Below are positions 19,708 to 28,541 of a DNA stretch of 64,000 nucleotides, piece by piece (position 1 is the stretch's first letter; every line of letters starts with the position of its first letter). The DNA comes from Bacillales bacterium. Its GTDB lineage: Bacteria > Bacillota > Bacilli > Bacillales > JAVBJX01. The notes beneath the pieces are model-generated. The model worked only from the letters and a program-made list of their open reading frames with translations. It did no database searches and was not told where the DNA came from. The translations under genes were made by a program, and so were the position numbers. The stretch is from the NCBI GenBank assembly GCA_031546705.1, contig JAVBJX010000004.1, forward strand, positions 142,712 to 206,711, given 5' to 3'.

Positions 19708-20278
19708 ATTGAGTATGTTTTTCTCTCAAATACCCATACATATGCTCTAAAGGATATCTTGTGTCACTATTAGAACTTCCCACAAGCCCAGCATCTGTAT
19801 CAAAAATAACAACTTGACGTTCTTTACGTTTATAGAAATAGTCCAAATAAATATGTCCAACATGGTGAGCATAATACTCATCTTCTAACTCAAACTTTAG
19901 AAATCCTACATTCACAAAGAAATTTGTTGATTTTGTTCCATCTGGTAATGCTCGTAATTCTTCAATGTAATGTGGAATGGTTTTGAGATGTTCGGCATTC
20001 AATAAATCCGCTAATTGATAGGCAACAGCACAAAAAACTCCCGTTAAAGATTCTGCTTCATCTTGTAACTCTATGTTGTCATCAAGAATTTTTATTTTCC
20101 ATACATATCCTGTATCATTTGGTGTAATATGTGCGGAAATATCATATTCAAACCCCTCGTTTGCAATTCTCCAACCTGGCTCTTTTGTCGGAAGAATTGT
20201 TGTGGACCAAATAAAAAATTTCATTGTGCTAACATCTAACGTATCTGTTATTTCCAACTGCTTATTGTACATGCCCAT
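19706..20278 (-). CDS. Hypothetical protein
   Basis: 190-aa ORF with RBS (AGAGAGGG); no family recognised. Confidence 0.65.
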   Translation of the reverse strand: MGMYNKQLEITDTLDVSTMKFFIWSTTILPTKEPGWRIANEGFEYDISAHITPNDTGYVWKIKILDDNIELQDEAESLTGVFCAVAYQLADLLNAEHLKTIPHYIEELRALPDGTKSTNFFVNVGFLKFELEDEYYAHHVGHIYLDYFYKRKERQVVIFDTDAGLVGSSNSDTRYPLEHMYGYLREKHTQ

Positions 20279-20668
20279 ACCCCTCTCTAGTATTTCTTAT
20301 AGTTTAATAATAACATATTATGGTATGAAAAATTAAGTAGTTATTTAGTTTTGTTGTATTTTTTATATATTTTCAACAAATATATATCTAAAGTTTAAAA
20401 TCACGACATGATTACATACGAGATTTAAGCCACACATGAGGACATTCGTTCCTTAGTTCTTTTTTAAGCATATTTCTCTATTTTCACATCAAGTGCTTCA
20501 ACGTATTGGGATATAGCTATGTCGAAAAATCATTCTTGTTTTATATAGATACACATACCACAAAAATGAGTCTTAGACAATCGGAGTAAAAATATTCCGA
20601 CTATCTAAGACTCATAAAATGAATGGTTCATTTCACTAAAAGGATTTCTGGTCCAATCTTATTATATT

Positions 20669-21976
20669 CTAATAGTTTAAATACCGTTCCGTTTCCCATT
20701 CGTGAACTGTCATTCTAAATTCTTCACACTCTTTCTTTTTCAAGGAAACAAAATTTTCATAGGCATGAATCCCCAAAACTTTTTTCCCAAGAGAACCCGT
20801 TTCTAATTGTTCAATTGCTCTTTCTAGGCTATTTGGCAAATAATCAATTCCTCTGTTTATTCGTTCTGCTTCTGACATATGAAAAATATCTGCATCAATC
20901 GAAGTTGGTGCATGAAGTTGTCTTTCTATCCCGTCCAGACCAGCTTCACTAATCATCGCAAATGCTAAATATGGATTTGCTGATGGATCAGGAGAGCGTA
21001 GTTCAATACGTGTTGCCTTACCTCGTTTTGCTGGAATGCGAATTAATGCAGAACGATTGGAAGCTGACCATGCGATATAACAAGGTGCTTCATATCCTGG
21101 AACAAGCCGCTTATACGAATTAACTAGAGGGTTCGTTATCGCAACGACTTGTTTAATGTTATCAAGAACTCCCGCAAGGAAAGAATAGGCTAAACTAGAC
21201 AATTTATTTGTATCATCGTTATCAAAAAATAAATTTGTATCATCTTTAAATAACGAAATATTTGTGTGCATTCCTGAACCATTTATCCCGAAAATTGGTT
21301 TTGGCATAAATGAGGCATGTAACCCATACTTTGCAGCAATCGTTTTGACTACCCATTTATACGTAATGGCATTGTCTGCCGCTTGAAGTATATTAGCATA
21401 TTGAAAATTAATTTCGTGTTGACCATGTGCTACTTCATGATGAAGTGCTTCAATAATAAATCCCATTTCTTTCAACGCTCGATAAATATGCAAACGAACT
21501 ATCTCCCCTAGATCATTTGGAGATGTTTCAAAATACCCCCCATCATCTTGTGGCGTTAATTTCTCTTTAAAAAGAAAAAATTCTAGCTCTGCTCCAACCA
21601 TAATTGTATAATTTTTTTCTTCTGCTCGTTTCATAAGTCCCTTTAATACATTACGAGTATCCCCTTCAAATAGCCCCCCATCTTCATATATAACACTACA
21701 TAAAAATCTCGCTTCTGCAAACCCTGATTCAACTGACCATGGCAACACAGCAAATGTTTGTATATCAGGAAGCAAATATAAATCTGAACGATTAATTGGC
21801 GTAAATCCTCGAATGGATGAGCCATCAAACATAATTTTCCCATCAATAACATCCTCTAATTGAGTAGCTGTTACCGTTACTTGTTTTAAGATTCCCTCTA
21901 TATCGACAAACTGTAAATGAAGTAGTTCCACATTTTTCTCTGTTATTATTTGTTCAATACTTTTTACTGTTATCAT
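20669..21976 (-). CDS. glnA: Type I glutamine synthetase
   Basis: FDGSSI, GAELEFFLF, HHEVAHGQHEI, FMPKP..NGSGMH, NSYKRLVPGYEAP, RIELRSPD. Confidence 0.92.
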   Translation of the reverse strand: MITVKSIEQIITEKNVELLHLQFVDIEGILKQVTVTATQLEDVIDGKIMFDGSSIRGFTPINRSDLYLLPDIQTFAVLPWSVESGFAEARFLCSVIYEDGGLFEGDTRNVLKGLMKRAEEKNYTIMVGAELEFFLFKEKLTPQDDGGYFETSPNDLGEIVRLHIYRALKEMGFIIEALHHEVAHGQHEINFQYANILQAADNAITYKWVVKTIAAKYGLHASFMPKPIFGINGSGMHTNISLFKDDTNLFFDNDDTNKLSSLAYSFLAGVLDNIKQVVAITNPLVNSYKRLVPGYEAPCYIAWSASNRSALIRIPAKRGKATRIELRSPDPSANPYLAFAMISEAGLDGIERQLHAPTSIDADIFHMSEAERINRGIDYLPNSLERAIEQLETGSLGKKVLGIHAYENFVSLKKKECEEFRMTVHEWETERYLNY

Positions 21977-21998
21977 TGTAACTTCCCCTCACGTTTTA

Positions 21999-22015
21999 TG
22001 TTATATTTCCTAACA
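21999..22015. promoter_or_regulatory. TnrA/GlnR box
   Basis: TGTTA-TATTTCC-TAACA, an exact TGTNA-N7-TNACA match, 22 bp upstream of glnA. Confidence 0.8.
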
Positions 22016-22165
22016 TTGTTATTTTAATATATGCAGAGTGCCTTTAAATGATAACAAAATTAATAAAAAATGCAGAAAGGATGTGGCAACAGAGATAAAA
22101 AATACCCTGTTTACCACATCCTTATATAACGTTTGATTTAAAAATTTTACCTACATCATTTGAAT

Positions 22166-23374
22166 TCAATCTAAAATCCTAATAGCATATCCTTCTTTAA
22201 TTAATGTTTGATAAATTTTATCCATATGTGCCCGATTTTTCGTTTCAATTGAACAAACTACTTCCGCCTGCCCCAGCATAACCCTATTTCCAACACGTTG
22301 ATGATCAACGGAAATAACATTTGCTTCTGCTTCTGCCATAATTCTAAGTAATTGACTTAAATGACCCGGTTTATCAGAAACAACAGTTGAAAATGTAACA
22401 AATCTCCCTGATTCCACTAGCCCTCGCTCAATAATTCTCGAAAGCAGTGTAACATCCGTATTTCCACCGCTTATAATACAAACGATTTTCTTTCCTCTAA
22501 ATGGTAATTTTTTTGAAACAATAGCCGCTACCGAACACGCCCCTGCCCCCTCCACTAACATTTTATTTCGCTCAAGCAAATAAAGCATAGTGCGAGAAAT
22601 TTCTGCTTCTTCCACACAAACGATTCCATCTACATATTTAGATACATATTCATAGGTTAATTCTCCCGGTTTCCTAACCGAAATTCCATCGGCAATCGTA
22701 TCTGTGGAATTGACAACAACTGGTTTGTTTTTTTGAATGGCTGTGGACATTCCTGGACACGCCAGTGATTCTACACCATATACTTGAATAGCTGGATTAT
22801 GTTGTTTTAATACAGCGGATATCCCTGCAAGTAAACCACCACCACCAACAGGGCAAAGCACAACATCGACATCTGGCATTTTTTCTAAAATCTCTAAAGC
22901 TATTGTTCCTTGCCCCATAATAACACCTTCATCATCATATGGGTGAACAAAAGTTGCTCCAGTTTCTTCTTTTAATTGTAGTGCATATGCTAAGGCATCA
23001 TCGAATACATCGCCATGAAGAATAATATTTGCACCATAACTTTCTGTTGCTTCAATTTTGCTTAGTGGTGCTCCTTTTGGCATGACAATGGTACAATTAA
23101 TATTAAAAATACTACTAGCATACGCCACACCTTGAGCGTGATTTCCAGCGGATGCAGCAATAACTCCTCTCGATTTTTCTTCTTCTGTCAGTGACATAAT
23201 TTTATTAAATGAACCACGTACTTTAAATGAACCCGTCTTTTGGAAGTTCTCTAACTTTAAATAAATACTGTTCCCTGAAATGTTGCTGAATGTTTGTGAA
23301 AACTGAATAGCTGTTCCATGGATAATTGATTTCATTCTTTCGTGTGCAGCTTGCACGTCTTTTATTGTTATCAT
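22166..23374 (-). CDS. ilvA: Threonine ammonia-lyase with C-terminal ACT domain
   Basis: KLENFQKTGSFKVRG PLP lysine, ASAGNHAQG, PVGGGGL, DKPG ACT. Confidence 0.88.
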   Translation of the reverse strand: MITIKDVQAAHERMKSIIHGTAIQFSQTFSNISGNSIYLKLENFQKTGSFKVRGSFNKIMSLTEEEKSRGVIAASAGNHAQGVAYASSIFNINCTIVMPKGAPLSKIEATESYGANIILHGDVFDDALAYALQLKEETGATFVHPYDDEGVIMGQGTIALEILEKMPDVDVVLCPVGGGGLLAGISAVLKQHNPAIQVYGVESLACPGMSTAIQKNKPVVVNSTDTIADGISVRKPGELTYEYVSKYVDGIVCVEEAEISRTMLYLLERNKMLVEGAGACSVAAIVSKKLPFRGKKIVCIISGGNTDVTLLSRIIERGLVESGRFVTFSTVVSDKPGHLSQLLRIMAEAEANVISVDHQRVGNRVMLGQAEVVCSIETKNRAHMDKIYQTLIKEGYAIRILD

Positions 23375-23387
23375 TTCCTATCCTTCT

Positions 23388-24629
23388 TTACATAACATTT
23401 TTATAGTTCAATGGTTGTTGCTTTTTTATATATTTTTGTAGACCCAACAGACAAAAGAAACCTATCATACTAAAAAGCGACAAAACTAAGAATAATTTTT
23501 CTCCATCATGTGCCCCAAACTCCATAAATAACGTTCCTCCAACCCATGGTCCAATGGCATTACCAATAGATGTAAAACCCATTGCCCCAAAATACGCTCC
23601 TTTCATTTGTGGATTGGCAATTCCATCAACAAATAAATCAGTCATAGTAAACATCATCACTTCACCAATTGTAAAAATAATCATCGCTACAATTAACCAC
23701 CATATATGTGCGGACATCCCAAACATTCCAAGCCCGATACAAGTTGTCAATGTACCTAACATAATTGATGTTAGCGGTGTTGTATATTTTCCAATTCTTG
23801 AAACTGGATATTGTACAAGAAGCACCGTAATTGCATTAACGATAATAATAATTGTAAATAACTTCTTACCATCAACAAACAAAGAGGAACTAGACAAATA
23901 TTGTGGAATCGTTGAACTAAATTGTGAATATCCAGCAACCCCAAATATCATACCAATAATAGCAACCATCAGAAATTTATCTGCATACAACACTTTTACC
24001 GTATCAACAATTGTTACACGCTCTTGATTCTCTTCTAATCCTTCTGTCGAAAATAGTTTAAAGGCAATTAATAAAGCAACTCCATAAATAAAATAAACAA
24101 TAGCAGTAATCCAAAAAACAGATGTGGATGTTGCAGCTCCAAGTATAAAACCAATTAATGGACCAATAGCTGCTCCAACATTAATAGCCGCATACCGCAA
24201 ATTAAATACCATTAGTTTTTGCTCTTTTGGTGTAATATCAGACATTAACGCCCGTGAAGAAGGTTCAAAAAAAGAACGACATAATCCATTTAATGCGTTC
24301 AATAAAAAAAATTCACCTACACTATTTGCCAAAGCAAAACCAATAAATACAAATCCCCACATTATAATAGAAGTAATCATAATTACTTTTCTACCATAAC
24401 GATCAGACAAAAATCCACCAATAAATCCACCAAACAAACCTACAATTGAACTAATACCAATAATTCCCCCTGCTACTGCTGGTGAAATTCCTTTTGAATG
24501 AGTCAAATAAATAATTAAAAATGGAATTGCCATAAATGTTGCAAGACGTGAAAATAATGTTCCAATAATAATGGTCATACTCATTGGATGAATTTTAATC
24601 ATACCCACCACTCTTCTTTCATTTTCCAA
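23388..24629 (-). CDS. MDR-family MFS transporter
   Basis: About 12 TM segments, GFLSDRYGRK motif A. Confidence 0.88.
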   Translation of the reverse strand: MENERRVVGMIKIHPMSMTIIIGTLFSRLATFMAIPFLIIYLTHSKGISPAVAGGIIGISSIVGLFGGFIGGFLSDRYGRKVIMITSIIMWGFVFIGFALANSVGEFFLLNALNGLCRSFFEPSSRALMSDITPKEQKLMVFNLRYAAINVGAAIGPLIGFILGAATSTSVFWITAIVYFIYGVALLIAFKLFSTEGLEENQERVTIVDTVKVLYADKFLMVAIIGMIFGVAGYSQFSSTIPQYLSSSSLFVDGKKLFTIIIIVNAITVLLVQYPVSRIGKYTTPLTSIMLGTLTTCIGLGMFGMSAHIWWLIVAMIIFTIGEVMMFTMTDLFVDGIANPQMKGAYFGAMGFTSIGNAIGPWVGGTLFMEFGAHDGEKLFLVLSLFSMIGFFCLLGLQKYIKKQQPLNYKNVM

Positions 24630-24837
24630 CTTATCAAAACTTATTGTATCATAATTACCTCTTCTAGTAATGCTGTTAAAAAATTTTTAAATCACTTTGA
24701 TTATTTAGAACAAAGTTTAATCTGTTTAGAAATTGGTTGCTTTTTCCATCCATTTAAATACATCTCCTTTTGATTTATTTGCTTTTCACAAAAAATTCGC
24801 CAAAGATTAATTCCTCGACGAATTTTCTCTACAATAT

Positions 24838-25731
24838 TTACATTCCTGCTGATCTTTGTAATCTTTTGGCAATTTCTAAAAAATCCTCTTCAGAAATTCC
24901 CGGAGCAAATTCTTCTGGCACTTTTTCTAAATCGTACATTGGTGCTCCTACTGGCGATCCATAAATAACTTCAAGTTCTCCACCATCTGGATGTGTACCT
25001 TTCCAAATTTGGGAAATTCCTCGAAAATCTTCTTTACTAAATGTGTACAGGCGACGATTAACTCCTTCTGCTTCATACTTCCTTGTTGTATCAAAATAAC
25101 TATTATCTAAATTGGGAATTGGCAACATTTTTTTCACGTCTACACCAGTAGCGATTTCTAATGCTTTTGCATACGCCAATACATGCACACCACCACGCAC
25201 AAGCAAATAACCAATCATTTCTCTTGCAACTGGATGATTTGTTAGCTCATACACACGCATTTTATGCGTTCTTGCTCCACATTCTAAGAAAAAGTTGTGA
25301 AGCAAATCTAAAACCAAATTCCCACTATTAAAAACGTTATCGCCAGTCCATGATCTTCCCATTGAATCACCAGGTAATGCTGTTTGAGCTGTTGCAATAA
25401 AATGATACGTATTTCTCTTATTTACTCCATCTTGTAGTGGTGCCGTATCTGGATCTCCTCGATGCGTAGATCCTGTTAAACATAAATTAATGGCTGCTGT
25501 TACTAGTTCTACGTGACCAATTTCTTCGGCTGTAATGCTCGCCACTAAATCATAAAATGGTTTTAATTTTTTCTTCTGTCTGAAATTAAAAGATTGAAAT
25601 AAATAATTATTAAGCGTAGACATTTCTCCATATTTCCCACCAAGAAGTTCCTGCACAGCTGCCGCCGCATTTGCATCAGCATATGTTGCTTTTGGCAATT
25701 CAATTAATAATTTATTTGAGCGTTCAAACAT
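24838..25731 (-). CDS. Manganese catalase family protein
   Basis: QELLGGKYGEMST, EEIGHVE, LLHNFFLE, RGGVH; likely start ATG 25731 (MFERSNK). Confidence 0.88.
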   Translation of the reverse strand: MFERSNKLLIELPKATYADANAAAAVQELLGGKYGEMSTLNNYLFQSFNFRQKKKLKPFYDLVASITAEEIGHVELVTAAINLCLTGSTHRGDPDTAPLQDGVNKRNTYHFIATAQTALPGDSMGRSWTGDNVFNSGNLVLDLLHNFFLECGARTHKMRVYELTNHPVAREMIGYLLVRGGVHVLAYAKALEIATGVDVKKMLPIPNLDNSYFDTTRKYEAEGVNRRLYTFSKEDFRGISQIWKGTHPDGGELEVIYGSPVGAPMYDLEKVPEEFAPGISEEDFLEIAKRLQRSAGM

Positions 25732-25742
25732 AGTTCTCCCCC

Positions 25743-25955
25743 TTACTTTGTAATCCACACAATTTTTTTTATACGAATACAAAATGACGTTTCATTTGTT
25801 TTCAAAGTAACATAGTCGGGAAAAACACTTTTTAAAACCCCTTGAACATTTCCAGAAGTTGTTTCTACAATAAGTTCCTTGTTCACTAACGTTTGCAATT
25901 CCGCATAGAAATACGGCTCCACATCCATTCTGAGTTTAGGTGTATGTTCTTTCAC
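25743..25955 (-). CDS. YuzF/DUF2642-like small protein
   Basis: VEPYFY..LQTLVNKELIVETTSG..QGVL..VFPDYV...IRIKKIVWI; such proteins are typically paired with Mn catalase. Confidence 0.75.
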   Translation of the reverse strand: MKEHTPKLRMDVEPYFYAELQTLVNKELIVETTSGNVQGVLKSVFPDYVTLKTNETSFCIRIKKIVWITK

Positions 25956-26269
25956 TTTTTAATCCCCTTTCGATTTAAAGCTCATCCTTTTATATATATG
26001 AACTGATTATGGGGTTATGATTATCAATACGGTGTTTGGGACAAAGAGAATATTGATATGACAAGAAAAGATTTCCACATCCCTATAACACAAGAAGAAT
26101 CTCATTTTTAAAAAATAAAAGTTGTGATGAAACTGGATTAGAATTTTTTTATTTAGAACACTGTTTTTTATGTAATAATATAAAAAGATTTCTCGAATGA
26201 TTTCGAGCGAGCTAAAATTCCGATAAACATTTCTCGTATACCATTTTTTTTAACCATTCTTTTTACATA

Positions 26270-26304
26270 AAAAAAACAAGAAGCTTTTTGCCCCTTGTTT
26301 TTTT
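26270..26304 (-). terminator. Intrinsic terminator closing the Zorya-like operon
   Basis: AAAAAAACAAG...CTTGTTTTTTT hairpin directly after the stop at 26305. Confidence 0.6.
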
Positions 26305-26463
26305 CTACAATTTTAATATAGATGTTTTACTTACTATTTCGCTTATTTGTTCAAGCGAATTTGACTCTAAATACCTGAAGAATATTTTGGTTCCAATCGT
26401 AATCGCAATAACCATAAGTACAGTGAAAGCTATCAAATAGATAACTGCACGTTTTCCATCCAT
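26305..26463 (-). CDS. Small single-pass membrane protein, 52 aa (not in ORF track)
   Basis: Strong RBS AGGAGG, then MDGKRAVIYLIAFTVLMVIAITIGTKIFFRYLESNSLEQISEIVSKTSILKL*; starts 30 bp after the EH-signature gene. Confidence 0.7.
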   Translation of the reverse strand: MDGKRAVIYLIAFTVLMVIAITIGTKIFFRYLESNSLEQISEIVSKTSILKL

Positions 26464-26493
26464 ATTTTTTTCCTCCTACAAATAAGAACTATT

Positions 26494-27873
26494 TTATGCT
26501 TTGGAAAAAGAATCCTTTTTTTTCAATCTTTCGTATTCTTTTTCATCAATTTCTGTAAGTAACTTTTCTTCTATCCATTCTCTCTCAAATTCTTCTGTAT
26601 GGAATTTAAGGAAGTTCCGATCAGTACGTACTAAATCTTCTCGTTCTTTTTTTAGAATCGTTTCATCTATAATCCAACCAAGATTGCTCTCAAACCATTT
26701 ATCTAGATTAATTTTCCAGCCACCACCATGTACAAGAAATCCAAGGGCAAGCGTTCTGTCTGAAAGTTGAAATCTTTTGTTCCTTCTAATTTCTCCTTCT
26801 GTTTCCTTCTCATCTAGCATTTTGTCCAGTGTTGGTTGGAAGTGCTTAAAGAAAACTTTATTCTCATACACATACACAGCCCCACGCCCTAAAACTTCGA
26901 CAATGACACAATCAGAAAAATACATAATTAAAGTTGTGTTTTTATCCATAATGACTAAATCTTCCAGACGGTGTAAATACCGTTTCCAATATTGAAACCG
27001 TTCATTCGTTTGGTCTAATCCACCTATAAAAAATTCTTCCACACCATAATTCATCATCCAGCGAGCAAAACGTTTTTTTTCTTCGTCACCAACAGTCCGC
27101 CATAACATTGGCTTACGTCTGTATGTTTTTATTTTTTCAAAAACAAGTCGTCCAATAGTTTGTACTTTATTTATCGTACATTTTTTTAACAAATAATCAA
27201 CCATTTTTTGCTGTTCCATATTGGTAGCTGTGTCAAAGTGCTTCATAAATAATTGTTGCTCTGTTATGAAAAAAGATTCTTTGGCGTATTTATACATATG
27301 CATTGCTACTTCTCTAAAGGCAACAAATCCTTCTGTTAAGTAGAACTTTTCTAATACATGATGGACACGATGCCCACTGTGTACCGTATGCATAGCCAAA
27401 TAGTTTGTTGGGTTCAAAGATGCTAAAAATTTCTGCCATACTTCTATATCGGCATTTTCTTTTTTCCAGCGTTTGATTATCCAGTAGTGATGATTGTCAT
27501 AGGAATGTTTGACAATTTTCCAAAGGTTTTCAAAGTCACCCGTTTGATAAGTCGCATTGAGAAGAAAGCGGAATGAACGTCTTTCTGTTTCCGCTACTTC
27601 TTTCATAACTTTGAGCATTTCTTCACGAATCTCATTTTTTAATCTTGTGTGGTATAGACTAGGAAGTAATAATTTTTGACGGCGATTGAGTGTTTGTACC
27701 CAAGTTCTAAAATCAATGGCTGTTTTGTACTCCACTTGCCGAAATTCGGAAACAAGTGATTCCATCCAACTTTCATTTCTCTTTCTGACATTCTCATCGA
27801 CTTTGTTCCGTAATGGTCTACGATTTTCTCTCATCCATGCCCGTAAAACGGCAGGCTCATATTCGTACTTCAT
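26494..27873 (-). CDS. zorC: EH-signature domain protein (ZorC-like)
   Basis: ERFQYWKRY...IMYFSDCVIVEVLGRGAVYVY...FLVHGGGW pattern (R..YW, E, H..W); third gene after a ZorAB-like pair; 4-nt overlap. Confidence 0.72.
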   Translation of the reverse strand: MKYEYEPAVLRAWMRENRRPLRNKVDENVRKRNESWMESLVSEFRQVEYKTAIDFRTWVQTLNRRQKLLLPSLYHTRLKNEIREEMLKVMKEVAETERRSFRFLLNATYQTGDFENLWKIVKHSYDNHHYWIIKRWKKENADIEVWQKFLASLNPTNYLAMHTVHSGHRVHHVLEKFYLTEGFVAFREVAMHMYKYAKESFFITEQQLFMKHFDTATNMEQQKMVDYLLKKCTINKVQTIGRLVFEKIKTYRRKPMLWRTVGDEEKKRFARWMMNYGVEEFFIGGLDQTNERFQYWKRYLHRLEDLVIMDKNTTLIMYFSDCVIVEVLGRGAVYVYENKVFFKHFQPTLDKMLDEKETEGEIRRNKRFQLSDRTLALGFLVHGGGWKINLDKWFESNLGWIIDETILKKEREDLVRTDRNFLKFHTEEFEREWIEEKLLTEIDEKEYERLKKKDSFSKA

Positions 27874-28541
27874 TCTTTCACCAATTTCCCAATTTCTTTA
27901 ATCGCTTCATCCTCTTTCAAACGAAATAAGAATTCTACTCGGCGAGAGCGATTTTCATCGTATTTACCATTCGCACCTGTTAGCGGAACACTAAAACTAC
28001 GACCATTGGCAGTTACATATTTTTTCAGCACTTCTTCCTCAGTAAACTTTGGAAAGTCATCACTATAAATATACTGAAACACAGAATAGGCACGAGCTTG
28101 GGAAAGCTCCATATTGTACAAGTATGTTCCGTTTTTATCTGTATGTCCTTCAATAATAATATTAGATACCGAATCTCGAAACTTCGGTTGTAATAAAATC
28201 CCAACATATTTCGGAATAAATGATTTCAAAAAAGTCTTTCCGTCATCGGAGATTTCGGTTGAATTTTTATCAAACAGAACATTCCCTGGTAAACGAATTG
28301 CTCCTGTTGCTTTATCAATGTCTACCGCAACATTGGATTTTTTAAACGCCTCAGATAAGGCAAGAATAATATTTTCTTTTGTCGAGGTAATTTCTTTAAT
28401 TTGCTGCTCTTTATCTGCCATTGCTTCTTTGTAGTCCATAATGACAAATGTTAATAGTAAAGCAAACACTAGCAGTAAAGCACTCATTAAATCAGCATAG
28501 GCTACCCATGGATCATGAAGTTTTTTTCCACGCTTTTTCAT
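27870..28541 (-). CDS. zorB: ZorB-like MotB/OmpA-domain protein
   Basis: WVAYADLMSALL TM with conserved Asp; OmpA-like C-terminus (VLFD...IEGHTD...NMELSQARA...SRRVEF). Confidence 0.85.
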   Translation of the reverse strand: MKKRGKKLHDPWVAYADLMSALLLVFALLLTFVIMDYKEAMADKEQQIKEITSTKENIILALSEAFKKSNVAVDIDKATGAIRLPGNVLFDKNSTEISDDGKTFLKSFIPKYVGILLQPKFRDSVSNIIIEGHTDKNGTYLYNMELSQARAYSVFQYIYSDDFPKFTEEEVLKKYVTANGRSFSVPLTGANGKYDENRSRRVEFLFRLKEDEAIKEIGKLVKE

